DNA from: an uncultured Solirubrobacterales bacterium
GTDB taxonomy: Bacteria > Actinomycetota > Thermoleophilia > Solirubrobacterales > 70-9
Length of the DNA stretch: 64,000 nucleotides
Assembly: GCA_963747765.1 (NCBI GenBank)
Contig: CAVVGH010000012.1
Coordinates: forward strand, 165-64,164
Reading direction: 5' to 3'
A program made the position numbers and the translations under genes. A model generated the notes under the pieces. That model had not been told where the DNA came from. It saw only the letters and a program-made list of their open reading frames with translations, and did no database searches. This document shows, one piece after another, positions 46,715-56,594 of this stretch. Within the stretch, counting starts at the first letter, position 1. Each line of letters starts with the position of its first letter.

Positions 46715-48094
46715 TGTCCCGCACCCGGATAACCGGACACTTGGTTGAACAAATCGATCATCGCACCCGGGTCGAGCCGGCACCCTCGTCGCGGGCGGCG
46801 AGGAACCCCTCTCGAGCTTCGATCGGCGTGCGGTAGCCGTGCCTCTCGAGCAGCCACTCGCGGTTGTAGAGGCGGCCGAAGTCCCGCACCGCGGCGCGCA
46901 GCTGCTCGAAGGTCTCGAATCGCTCGATCCACAGCACCTGCTCCTTGAGCGCCTGGATCGCCCGCTCGGCGCATCCGTTCGTCTCGGGCTCGTAGTGGAA
47001 GGCGGGCGAGCGGGCGATCCCCAGGTGGTCGATCTCGGCCTGGTAGTGGTCTGAGCGAAAGCAGGGCCCGCCGTCGTAGCGCAGCGCGAGCCCGGCGGCA
47101 ACGGCCGCCTCGACCGAGCCGAAGCGCTCGGCTGTGACCTCGCGAAGGAGATCGGCGGCGGCGAAGCGGTCCATGCGGTGGGCCGCGTCGAAGAACAGCT
47201 CGCCGGTGCCGTGGTCGACGATCACGAAGACCGCGCAGCGGCCGTCCTGATCGCTCCAGGCCTCGGTCGCATCCGTTGCCCACAGGGTGTCGGGCGTCTC
47301 GACGGTGATCGTGCCCGTGTGCAGGCGCGCGGCGCGCTTTCTCACCTGCGGGGTCGGGGCGAGGACCCCGTCCTCGCGCATCAGCCGCAGCACCCGCTTG
47401 CGCGAGGCACGGATGCCGCGACGGCGCAGGCGCGCCCAGACCTTGCGATGGCCCTCGCCGTTGAAGGGCGAGTCCTCGATCGTGCGGTGGATCTCGGCGC
47501 GCAGGCAGGCGTCGGGCATCGCGCCCACCGGCCCGCGCTTGCGATGCGCCCGCTCGCCGACGGCGCCCTCCCGTTCGCGCCGGACACGCTCGAAGGCCGC
47601 CGAGCGCGAGACGCCGGCGATCCGGCAGACGGTGCCGAGCCGGTGCCCGGTCTCGGCGCTCACCTCGACCGCCTCTCTGACCGTGGAGCCCCCTTTTTCC
47701 CCAAGAGGGCTCGGAGGGTGTCGATCTCGATCGCCTGCTCGCCGATCTTTCGCTGCGCTTCGCGCAGCTCGCGCTCTTCGGGCGGGGCGGCCCTTGCCTT
47801 GAGGCCCTCGCGGCCGGCGGCGAGGAAGTCCTCCCGCCAGCGGCTGATCGCGCCGGCCGGCTGGCCGCACTCGCGGGCGAGCGCGTCAAGCGACTCGCCG
47901 CGCAGCAGCCGCAGCACCACCCCTTCCTTGCGGCGCGAGGACCAGCGCACCTCCCGCTTGCCTTCGGCTGCGCGCTCGGCGCGCTGGTCCTCGGCAGGCT
48001 CCCCTCCGTTGTTGGCCACCCGGTCCTCCGTTGTTGCTGACACCCGACACCTCCGTGTCTATTTGGGTGTCCGGTCGGAACCGGGTGCGGGACA
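46715..48094 (-). mobile_element. IS3-family insertion sequence, copy 2 (inverted relative to copy 1)
   Basis: Same 1380-bp length, ends and ORF translations as copy 1. The flanks CGCG and ACAC do not form a target-site duplication. Confidence 0.9.
46758..48043 (-). CDS. IS3-family transposase OrfAB (programmed -1 frameshift)
   Basis: Protein sequences are identical to copy 1. Slippery run at 47689-47701. Confidence 0.85.
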
Positions 48095-48525
48095 ACACGA
48101 GACACCCGTGGCGCAAATCTCCGGCCGGAACCGCGAAGAGGGCCGAGGAGGCCCGGCCCTTCCAGCCTTCGATTGAGAGCCCGATCACGAAGCTCGGTCG
48201 CCGGATAACGGGGAATTACGGAAACCCAGGCGCGAAACTGAACAGCTTCCGTACAACAGGACCCCGCGCAAGCCGGTGCGCTGCGGATACTGGTCCAGCT
48301 TGAGTCGCAGGTGAAAGTGGACCCGATGAGTCCGACAACGCCATTCGCCAGGGGTTGGTTCACCAACTCTTAGCTTGCAGGTCGAGATTCGGGGACCTCG
48401 ACCGCGCCGTGTGAGCCGTGGACGGCGAAGCGGGGTCCCGCGGTCACGTCCCATAGCGCGGTGTAGGAGCGCGGCGGACGGAATCTCGTCGCCACTGCGG
48501 CCACCGACCGAAAGTCGACCGCGAC

Positions 48526-50001
48526 TCAAGATCTCTTCGGTCGAACCAAGCGGTGGCCCGCGACACGAACCCCCCGCTCGCTAAGCAGCGCCTCCCACTG
48601 CTTCTTCCTGCCGATCGACTGCGTGTGACCGAACAGGCCAGCCTTCTCCTCCTGACGGGTCAGTGCTCGGAACTTTGCATAGCGCTCATCATCAGCGGCG
48701 ATGAGCAGCTCCTTTCGATGGAGGATCGGGGGGTTTGGATGGCGAGAGTAGTCGCGGTAGTCACATCGCAATCCATCGATCCTCACGATGTACCCCGAGC
48801 GCAGCGAGGGGTGGGCAAGCCGATCGAAATCCGGATACTCGAGGTACGACACGGTGGGGCGGTCGAGATGGATCTTGACGACAGTCGCCGAGTCCAGGTC
48901 GCCGATCAAGCGCCGGGCGACACCGTCGAGCACCCGCAGAACCGGTGGCAGGATGGCAATTCCATCGCTGTGCACGTAAAGGGCCTGCGGCATCTGCTTG
49001 CCGACCGGAGAGGCCAGAGCGGCCTCTCGAATGCGGTCCTGGTTCGACAGCTCGGCGAGAAGCCGGTCCGCCTGCCTACAAGCCGCCGCGTAGCTGCCGA
49101 AGAGGTCGCGGATATCGAGGCGCGTCTCCGCCGGCAAGTCGCGGGAACGCGGCCGGCGGTCGAAGCGGGAAAGGGCAAGGTAGACGAGCAGATCACGGGA
49201 GCGCTCATCCCGGATCCGGTCCCACCGCTCCGTCCCGCTGACCCTGCGAACCGTGGCGAAGGCGCTCCGCAACGTCCCGAACTCGGCCTCAATCGCCTCG
49301 CTGCCATCCAGCTCGTGACCACGCGGCAACCGACCGCGCTCGGCTACGAAATCGACCAGCGGCTCAAGCAGGTCGCCGTGCTGGGCCAATAGCTCTCGAC
49401 TGATCGAAGCCTTGGCATACCGCCGCACTCGTTTCAGCACCCATATCTCCTCGAAGGCCGGGCGGCGGAAGACAAGGAAGACGCCCGGGGCGGCGGCGAC
49501 CGAGCGCGACCCCAAGGCGCCCTCGATCCAGCTGCCCAGCTCAGTCTGGGTGTAGAGCTTCTGAAAGGTCCCGATCGAGGTTCGGAGGCCGTCGCGGAAC
49601 GGGATACCCTCAAGATCTGGCGCATCGGACTTCAAGCGGGCACTGACGATCAGGACCCGGCGTGCTAGCTCCCACGCTCGGCAAACCGTCTGGCGGCGCT
49701 CCTCTGGCTCCTCAATGACGTTTACGACGTAGCCGAGGTTGACCACGTCGCTCGGCTCGCGTCTGCCGCCCGGTCGGTGGAACGGATCCCAGCCCTCGCA
49801 GCGAACACCTAACCGGCGCAGCCGCTCGACGTCTCCGCCTTTCCCGCAGCCATAGTCGAGCACGGTGGTCTCGGAGGCATCAATCAGGCCATCTTCGACG
49901 GCCAACCTGATCGGACGCGAGAGCGAGACGCGGGCCAGGGCAGCACGAGCCCGCAGGGTCGCATCGCCCTCACCCACTGCTTGCTGCAGGCTGGGATGCA
50001 A
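48526..50001 (-). CDS. DNA phosphorothioation-associated putative methyltransferase
   Basis: 491 aa. N-terminal SAM-MTase-like motif VLDYGCGKGGD plus a long C-terminal domain, immediately downstream of dndE. Resembles the dnd-related methyltransferase family (from memory). An alternative GTG start lies at 49977. Confidence 0.7.
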   Translation of the reverse strand: MHPSLQQAVGEGDATLRARAALARVSLSRPIRLAVEDGLIDASETTVLDYGCGKGGDVERLRRLGVRCEGWDPFHRPGGRREPSDVVNLGYVVNVIEEPEERRQTVCRAWELARRVLIVSARLKSDAPDLEGIPFRDGLRTSIGTFQKLYTQTELGSWIEGALGSRSVAAAPGVFLVFRRPAFEEIWVLKRVRRYAKASISRELLAQHGDLLEPLVDFVAERGRLPRGHELDGSEAIEAEFGTLRSAFATVRRVSGTERWDRIRDERSRDLLVYLALSRFDRRPRSRDLPAETRLDIRDLFGSYAAACRQADRLLAELSNQDRIREAALASPVGKQMPQALYVHSDGIAILPPVLRVLDGVARRLIGDLDSATVVKIHLDRPTVSYLEYPDFDRLAHPSLRSGYIVRIDGLRCDYRDYSRHPNPPILHRKELLIAADDERYAKFRALTRQEEKAGLFGHTQSIGRKKQWEALLSERGVRVAGHRLVRPKRS

Positions 50002-50401
50002 CCGCCTTCTTGAGTAGCTCGCGCACGCCGCTCCCGCGTCTGGTCCTCGGCCCTTCCGCGACTTTCAATGCCGGGTCTCCGATCAGGTAGCCGATCCCCC
50101 GGTGGAGATGGAGGAGCAGCTGGCGCTGGACCGTTTTCGGGCCGGGGCGCAGGCCGTCGGCCACACAGCGCTGGCGCAACAGATCGAGGTAGAGATCGGA
50201 GTTGGGTCCGGCGAAAGTCCGCCACTCGATCTCAATCCCACCCTCCGTGGGAATAGGTACGTCGGGCGGACGTGTCGGCTCCGCCAGTGACCGACAGAGC
50301 GCCCAACGACCGAGCTCGTTCCAGTGTTTCAGTCCGGTGCGGCGCTTCAGGGTGATCAGCTGGTCCTTTCCGGCCGGGGAAATGCGCACCGTCTCAATCA
50401 T
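49970..50401 (-). CDS. dndE: DNA sulfur modification protein DndE
   Basis: MIETVRISPAGKDQLITLKRRTGLKHWNELGRWALCRSL... is DndE-like. The ATG overlaps the dndD stop. Confidence 0.75.
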   Translation of the reverse strand: MIETVRISPAGKDQLITLKRRTGLKHWNELGRWALCRSLAEPTRPPDVPIPTEGGIEIEWRTFAGPNSDLYLDLLRQRCVADGLRPGPKTVQRQLLLHLHRGIGYLIGDPALKVAEGPRTRRGSGVRELLKKAVASQPAASSG

Positions 50402-52356
50402 GCGGAGATCAGGTCGAGGTAGCCGTCGAGGATTCTGGTGCGTCCCCGGGCGTCGTTGTCGAGCCGCCTCTGGGCGCCGATGCTCGGGCGCAAGAGCGCG
50501 TGCAGCTCACCGTCGATCTCGGTATCGGTCGAGAGCACCACAACCTGGTGGCTGGCTGCTGGCAGGTAGCGCTGAACGACGTGCTCGCGGTGGCCCGCGT
50601 CGAGCCGGCCCAGCGGCGTGTCGATCACCACCGGCAGCGGCAGCCCCGCCGCACGCGCCAGCGCCCACAAGAGCGAGAGCGCGGTGAGCTGCCGCTCGCC
50701 AGCGGAGAGAGAAGCCGGGCGGATCTCCCCCCGACCGCCGTAGAGCGAGACCGCGAAGGTTTCCGGATCGATGGCGACGCCCTGGATCAAGCGGTCCTTG
50801 CGCAACAGCAACTCCAGGCATTGCATCGTGTAGTCGGAAATCCTGCCGACGTGGCGTTCGGCGATCCGAGTCCGCAGTAGTCCAAGCGTGTCCCGGGCCC
50901 GCTCGGCGTGCCGGGTAACCCGCTCGGCCCGCTCGCGAGAGTCCTCAGCGTCGGCAAGGCGGGCGAGCTCGGCGTCGCGGCGGCCGCGGGCGGCCTCTGC
51001 CGCCGTTTCGTTCGCAGCCAGCAGCTTGCGCTCACCTTCGACCCGCTCGCGGAGCTCGTCCAGCTGTGCCGCCGTCTGCTCCGCTTGCTCGATGAGCAAT
51101 GCCACCGACTCGTCGTGCGGGATCTTCGAGATTCGGCGGTCGAGCTCATCGCTGCGTCTGACCGCCTCACCGAGACCGTCGAGCGCCTGCATCACCTCGA
51201 ACCGCCAAGAGGTCAACCGCTCTTCGCGAACAGCCTGGATCTCTTCCGGAGATGAACTCGGGTGGAACGCGGGGGCCGCCTCCGCCCCGCGCCGCGCTTT
51301 GCGCTCGTCGGCCAGAATCGACTCCAGCTGCTCGAAGCCCCCCCCGCCGAGCCTCGCCAGTTCGTCCAAGAGCCAGATGTCACGCTTGGCGATCACGGTG
51401 TCGAGGTCGCGCGCGACCTTGCTCTCGTGGCTCTGTTCGGCCGTCGCCAGAACATCGCCGAGAAGATCCGGAACCAGCGCCAGCGGAGCGAGCGCGTCGC
51501 CGGCTAACTTGCGGAGCTGCACCCACGCGAGCCCCTCCTCGTCGGCGAACTCCCCGGCTCGCGCCTCCAGCTCGGTACGTTCGGCAACAAGGTCTCCCCC
51601 CACCGCCCGCATTGCGCCTCGCACACGCTCATATTCCTCCTCGAGCGTCTCCAGCTCTGCCTCCAGCGTCTCAACCCGTTCCCCCGTGCTAGCGGCGAGC
51701 TCAAGTGCCGCGTCGAGCGCCGTCTGCTTCTTCTCCAGCTCGTCCGAGGAGTCGACACGGGCCTCACGCAGCACCCGCCGCTGCACCGCGACCAGGTCGG
51801 TCTGCAACTGGGCGACGAGGTCGAGTCCGAGCAACGAGCCAACAGCCGTGCGGAGCGAGTCGGCCGCTGACTCGAGATCGGCCAGCGCCTCGATCTTCTC
51901 GCCGTCGAAGAAGAAGAGGCGGGCGACGCCGAGCGGGGCGATCTGCTCGATCGTCTCGTCCCAACTCTCGCTCAGCTCACCATCGTAGGCGTCGCCGACG
52001 AAGACATCGAGCTGCTCGCCGTTGCTGCGGGCATTCGCCTTCCAGCGCCGGCGGACGGTGATGCGAGCGTCGTCGGCGAGTCCTGGCACCGTCAGAACCA
52101 GCTCCAGCGAGGCTTCCTGTCGCTCGTTGTTGACGCTGTCGACAAGAAAGGCGCCGTAAGATCGGTACCCGCCGAGCTCCGAAAGCGCTCGTGCTCCGTA
52201 GAGGATCTGGAAAAGCGACCGGACCAGGGTCGTCTTCCCGGCCCCGTTCAGTCCACCCACCAAGGTCACGGGACGGCGCTCGTCATGAGCGAACTCAAGT
52301 GTCTGGCGGTCCGCGTACGGGCCAACGCCGTCCAGCGTCAGCGCGTGGAGGATCAC
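50398..52356 (-). CDS. dndD: DNA sulfur modification protein DndD (SMC/ABC-like ATPase)
   Basis: Walker A GLNGAGKTT, a long coiled-coil, LSAGERQL signature and VVIDTPLGRLD Walker B. Confidence 0.85.
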   Translation of the reverse strand: MILHALTLDGVGPYADRQTLEFAHDERRPVTLVGGLNGAGKTTLVRSLFQILYGARALSELGGYRSYGAFLVDSVNNERQEASLELVLTVPGLADDARITVRRRWKANARSNGEQLDVFVGDAYDGELSESWDETIEQIAPLGVARLFFFDGEKIEALADLESAADSLRTAVGSLLGLDLVAQLQTDLVAVQRRVLREARVDSSDELEKKQTALDAALELAASTGERVETLEAELETLEEEYERVRGAMRAVGGDLVAERTELEARAGEFADEEGLAWVQLRKLAGDALAPLALVPDLLGDVLATAEQSHESKVARDLDTVIAKRDIWLLDELARLGGGGFEQLESILADERKARRGAEAAPAFHPSSSPEEIQAVREERLTSWRFEVMQALDGLGEAVRRSDELDRRISKIPHDESVALLIEQAEQTAAQLDELRERVEGERKLLAANETAAEAARGRRDAELARLADAEDSRERAERVTRHAERARDTLGLLRTRIAERHVGRISDYTMQCLELLLRKDRLIQGVAIDPETFAVSLYGGRGEIRPASLSAGERQLTALSLLWALARAAGLPLPVVIDTPLGRLDAGHREHVVQRYLPAASHQVVVLSTDTEIDGELHALLRPSIGAQRRLDNDARGRTRILDGYLDLISA

Positions 52357-53822
52357 TGCTTCCTCCCCGGCACGGTCAGGGGAGATGACTCCACCTCACG
52401 GCGCCTGCGCCTGCGCTGAGCCAGGTTCAGCGCGTCGTCGGCGTCCTCGAAGAAGTGTCGCTCGATCGTCGTTTCGAGCTCGTCGAGCAATCCGCGGCGC
52501 CGCAGACTCAGCTTCTGCTGGCGCTCGACGTCGAGCAGGTCGCGCACCAGCTGGTAGTGGAGATTGCTTCCGCAGAGGTCGCGCAACTCCCGCAACTCGT
52601 CGGCGCCGAGAGGTAGATGCGGGCTGAGTCGCTCTTCCTCGGTCTCGAACGGCTCCCCCATCGCCTCCTCGTAGACGACCGGAAGGCGGTCCTCGAACTC
52701 GTGCTTGTCGACCACCCAGATGCGGCGGATCTCGCACAACTCATCACGCGAAATTAGCTGGGTGTCGCGGACCTCCTCGGGGGCGTGCTCACGGATGTAG
52801 CGCTGGGCCTCGAGCAGCTCGCGCAGCCACCTTTCGCGCGACTCCTGCGTGTAGGGACCGTGGATGAGGCGATCACCGTGTAGCTGGACCCGCCCGGAGA
52901 AGCGACGGAAGTCCCGCAGATGGCGGTCGTCGCTGACGTCGAGCTTGTCGCGCAGCTCGAGCAGCGGCAGCATCCACTCCTTCTCCTCGTCATTCTGGAT
53001 CATCGCCGCCATCGACTTGTCCTTCTCGACCAGCGTGCAGGTCCAACAGCCGAAGCGGCTGTCGCCGCAGCTCGGCGTCGAAGAGTCGACGACGAGCGGG
53101 CACTCACCATCCTCTGAGGCCCCCTGGTACATGCTCAGCAGATCCTTGTTGTCGTAGCCCCAGGGGTTTGGCTCCTGCATGAGATAGGTCCAGACGTCGT
53201 CGTTCGACCAGTCCTCGATCGGCGAGTAGACGAGTGAGTTGGGCAGGCTGGCGTTGGGCGAGAGAAAGTCCCGGACGCGGGTCTTCTCCTGGCGCTGCAT
53301 CGTGCGGGCACGAGCCTGGCTCTCGGCCTTGCGGACACCAAGTACGAGGATCGCCTCGCCGTGATCGGCGACTACCTGGCGGATGAAGTCATTCGACGGG
53401 TTGATCTTCATTCGCTCGGTGCACCAACGGAACTTTGGCCGCGGTGCCGGGTAGCCCTTGCCGATCAGATTTACCCAGAACGTGTCGGAGGTCTTGGGGG
53501 TGAGGCGGTTCGTGGTGAGCGGCATCTCCAGCTCCTCCGCACGCTGACTCATCACCTCCAGCGAGCGACCCACCCAGGCCGCAACCACCGGGTTCTCGAC
53601 CAGGGTGTCGGTGGTGATCACGAAGACCGGCTTGTGGCGCTGCCCGGTCGCCAGCCCCGCCAGCGCCGTCCAGACCAGCTGCAAGGTCGCGGTCGAATCC
53701 TTGCCGCCGCTGTAGCCGACCACCCAGGGGACATCGTCTTCAAGGTAGAGACGCTGGGTCGTAGCGACGAGGTCGGCGACCGCCTGGCCGTAGCCCGTGT
53801 CCGCGAAGGCCGATCCGCTCAT
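52353..53822 (-). CDS. dndC: DNA phosphorothioation protein DndC (PAPS-reductase/PP-loop fold)
   Basis: VVGYSGGKDST PP-loop, with Cys-rich ...CGDSRFGCWTC... The ATG at 53822 is preferred; the listed 53858 would overlap dndA. Confidence 0.85.
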   Translation of the reverse strand: MSGSAFADTGYGQAVADLVATTQRLYLEDDVPWVVGYSGGKDSTATLQLVWTALAGLATGQRHKPVFVITTDTLVENPVVAAWVGRSLEVMSQRAEELEMPLTTNRLTPKTSDTFWVNLIGKGYPAPRPKFRWCTERMKINPSNDFIRQVVADHGEAILVLGVRKAESQARARTMQRQEKTRVRDFLSPNASLPNSLVYSPIEDWSNDDVWTYLMQEPNPWGYDNKDLLSMYQGASEDGECPLVVDSSTPSCGDSRFGCWTCTLVEKDKSMAAMIQNDEEKEWMLPLLELRDKLDVSDDRHLRDFRRFSGRVQLHGDRLIHGPYTQESRERWLRELLEAQRYIREHAPEEVRDTQLISRDELCEIRRIWVVDKHEFEDRLPVVYEEAMGEPFETEEERLSPHLPLGADELRELRDLCGSNLHYQLVRDLLDVERQQKLSLRRRGLLDELETTIERHFFEDADDALNLAQRRRRRREVESSPLTVPGRKQ

Positions 53823-53839
53823 CTCGCTACCGTTGGCCC

Positions 53840-55042
53840 GTGATTCAGGGCGGCGCACTTCTTCATCACTCGAAAATACCGTCGTCCGCGGCGCAGAAAG
53901 ATCCAGACCGCGCCGTCTACCTCGACACCTGCGCCACCACCCCGCTCCTTCCGGATGTCCTCGAAGAGATCGGCCGCTATCTGGCCATCGAGTACGGCAA
54001 TGAGGGGAGCCGCACCCACGAGTACGGGGCCGCAGCCCGGCGCCGCGTCAACCGCGCGCGCGAGGAGGTCGCCGTCCTCGCCGCCGCGCGGCCCGACGAG
54101 GTCATCTTCACCAGCGGCGCCACCGAGGCCAACAATCTGGCCATCCTTGGCCTTGCACCGGCCCTGAGAGCGAGCGGCAAGGGCCACGTGGTTACGACCG
54201 CGCTTGAGCACAAGGCGGTGCTTGAGCCATTCGCGCGATTGGAGGAGGAAGGCTTCGCCGTATCGCGGGTGACGGCAGGGGAGAGTGGCCTCGTCGACCC
54301 CGTCGAGCTGGCGGCGGCGGTCGGTCCGGATACCGGGCTGGTCAGCTTGATGGCGGCTAACAACGAGACCGGTGTCCTTCAGGATGTCCCCGCGGTCGCT
54401 GCCGCCCTACCCGAAGATGTCTACCTCCACGTCGACGCTGCCCAAAGCTTCGGCAAGGAGCCCGTGCCCCTGGCCGAACCACGGATCGACCTGGTGAGCG
54501 GCTCCGCCCATAAGCTGCATGGCCCGAAGGGGATCGGAACGCTCATCGCGCGCCGGCGCGGCTACCGGCGGCCGCCGCTTCGCGCGCTTACGGTCGGCGG
54601 TGGACAGGAACGCGGCCTGCGGCCGGGCACCGTGCCCGTCCATCTCGTCGCGGGCTTCGGCTCCGCCGCCGCTGCCGCCGCGGCGGAGCAAGGCGAGCGC
54701 CGGGCGGCCAACCTCGCTTTCCGCAAACGCACGCTGGCGGCGCTCGCCCCCCTCTCCCCCGCTTACAACGGCAACCCCGAGGCGACGCTTCCCCATGTGC
54801 TCAATGTCAGCTTCCCCGGGATCGACGCCGAAGCCGCGATCCTCGCGACCAAGAACCTGGTCGCGCTCTCCAGCGGCAGTGCCTGCAACTCGGGCAGTTT
54901 CGAGCGCAGCCACGTACTGGAAGCGATGGGCCTCAGCGGCGAGCGCCTCGATGGCGCACTGCGGATCTCCTGGTGCCACCTCACCGAGGAGCCTGACTGG
55001 CCGGAGTTCGTACGCCGTCTCCAGAACCTGCAGCGACAGTAG
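53840..55042 (+). CDS. dndA: cysteine desulfurase DndA (IscS/NifS-like)
   Basis: ...SGSAHKLHGPKGIG (PLP Lys) and ...SSGSACNS (catalytic Cys). Divergent from dndC. GTG 53840 is the only available start. Confidence 0.85.
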   Translation: MIQGGALLHHSKIPSSAAQKDPDRAVYLDTCATTPLLPDVLEEIGRYLAIEYGNEGSRTHEYGAAARRRVNRAREEVAVLAAARPDEVIFTSGATEANNLAILGLAPALRASGKGHVVTTALEHKAVLEPFARLEEEGFAVSRVTAGESGLVDPVELAAAVGPDTGLVSLMAANNETGVLQDVPAVAAALPEDVYLHVDAAQSFGKEPVPLAEPRIDLVSGSAHKLHGPKGIGTLIARRRGYRRPPLRALTVGGGQERGLRPGTVPVHLVAGFGSAAAAAAAEQGERRAANLAFRKRTLAALAPLSPAYNGNPEATLPHVLNVSFPGIDAEAAILATKNLVALSSGSACNSGSFERSHVLEAMGLSGERLDGALRISWCHLTEEPDWPEFVRRLQNLQRQ

Positions 55043-55057
55043 CGGGATAATCGGCGA

Positions 55058-56113
55058 ATGACCGAGCTCGGTTCGGAATTCGCGCAGCGGTACGTGATCG
55101 AAGCGGAGATCGGTCGCGGCGGCATGGGGGTGGTCTACCGAGCGCGGGACCTCCAACTCGAGCGCGCAGTCGCGCTCAAGGTGCTGCGCGAGGAGGGCGC
55201 CGAAAAACCCGAGTTCAGGACCCGCTTCCAGCGCGAGATCGCGCTGGCGGCCTCCCTGTCTCATCCCTACATCGTTCCCGTCTACGAGGGCGACGTCGCC
55301 GACGGCCAGTTCTACTTCACGATGGAGCTCGTCGACGGCTCCGACCTTGACCGAATCTGTGGGTCGGCGCCCCTCGATCCCGGGCGCGCGGTGAAGCTTC
55401 TTCGCCAGGTCTGCGCCGCTCTCCAGTTCATTCACGAGAAGGGATACGTTCACCGCGACGTCAAGCCGACCAACGTCCTGATCTGGAACCCAGGCAGCGA
55501 GTGGGAGACGGTCAAACTCACCGACTTCGGGATCGCCCGCACCCTTGCCAATGACAGCGGACTGACCAAGTTCCAGCCAGGGTCCCCTCCCTACATGTCT
55601 CCGGAGGCGGTCGAGCACCACGAACAGACGCCGCTGTCGGACCAGTACTCGCTCGGAATCATGGCCTTCGAGCTGCTCAGCGGTCGTCGTCCGTTCCCCA
55701 AAGACCGGCTGCCGCGGGCACATTGTGACGACCCGGTCCCACCGCTCGGCGAGCTTGCCCCTGGGGTACCCGAGCCCGTCTGCGTAGCGGTTACGCGAGC
55801 GCTAGAGAAGGCACCCGCCGACCGCTTTCCGAACGTCAACGCCTTCGCCGCCGCCCTCAGCACTGCGACGAGCCGGCAACGCGCGCCAGCCGAGCCGCAG
55901 TCAGCGCATGCTCCATTGCAGGAAGAGATCGCTGCCGTTCTCGGGTCCGCCGGCACGCGCTGGGTTCAGTTCGAGGAGATCGCCCGCGAGGTGAACGAGC
56001 GCGGACGCTGCCCAGAGCAAGTGACGCCCATCGACATCGAGCGCCGGGCTGCGATCTATAGCAACCGCTTCCGTCGCCGCGGCGCGGCATTGAAGATACG
56101 CGAGAGGCGCTGA
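55058..56113 (+). CDS. Hanks-type Ser/Thr protein kinase with an uncharacterised ~90-aa C-terminal domain
   Basis: GRGGMGVVY, VALKVL, HRDVKPTNVL, DFGIA and SPPYMSPE motifs. 15 nt downstream of dndA on the same strand. Confidence 0.85.
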   Translation: MTELGSEFAQRYVIEAEIGRGGMGVVYRARDLQLERAVALKVLREEGAEKPEFRTRFQREIALAASLSHPYIVPVYEGDVADGQFYFTMELVDGSDLDRICGSAPLDPGRAVKLLRQVCAALQFIHEKGYVHRDVKPTNVLIWNPGSEWETVKLTDFGIARTLANDSGLTKFQPGSPPYMSPEAVEHHEQTPLSDQYSLGIMAFELLSGRRPFPKDRLPRAHCDDPVPPLGELAPGVPEPVCVAVTRALEKAPADRFPNVNAFAAALSTATSRQRAPAEPQSAHAPLQEEIAAVLGSAGTRWVQFEEIAREVNERGRCPEQVTPIDIERRAAIYSNRFRRRGAALKIRERR

Positions 56114-56114
56114 G

Positions 56115-56594
56115 TCAACCCTCCTGGCCCTGCTCGCCTTCCATCTCAGCGATTAGCCGTCCCAGCCCGGCGGTGCTGGTCACGTCGCGCGGATTCTCTG
56201 CCTCCAGGATCAGCTCGAGAATCACATCGGCGCGGTCGCGGGGCTTGTCCATCACCTGGTCGCGCAGTACAGCGAGCCCGCCATTGGCGTATTCAACGAA
56301 GAGCTGGCGGCGCTCGGCTCCCCGCTCGCGCCGCATGATCGCGATCTCATCCGCCTCGGCCGCCGCGATCAGGTCGGCGATGAAGGACGTACCATCTTCT
56401 TGGAAGACGCTCCAGCGGATCTCTTTGCCGCCTTTCTCGACCGGCTCGCGGCGACCTTTCTGGTAGCCGACGGCGGCAGCAAAAGCGATCGCAGCGGCGC
56501 GCGTCACGAACGGCCCTTCGTCGGTCAGGGCAACGAGCACCTCCTCCTTGTCCACCGGCAGGTAGACCCTGGGGTCGGCGCTTTCGCCGTTCAT
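56115..56594 (-). CDS. small dnd-associated protein (last gene of the restriction-type operon)
   Basis: 159 aa from the ATG at 56594 (ATGA overlap with the upstream ATPase stop). Resembles, from memory, the 'DNA phosphorothioation-associated protein 4' class; not verified. Confidence 0.6.
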   Translation of the reverse strand: MNGESADPRVYLPVDKEEVLVALTDEGPFVTRAAAIAFAAAVGYQKGRREPVEKGGKEIRWSVFQEDGTSFIADLIAAAEADEIAIMRRERGAERRQLFVEYANGGLAVLRDQVMDKPRDRADVILELILEAENPRDVTSTAGLGRLIAEMEGEQGQEG

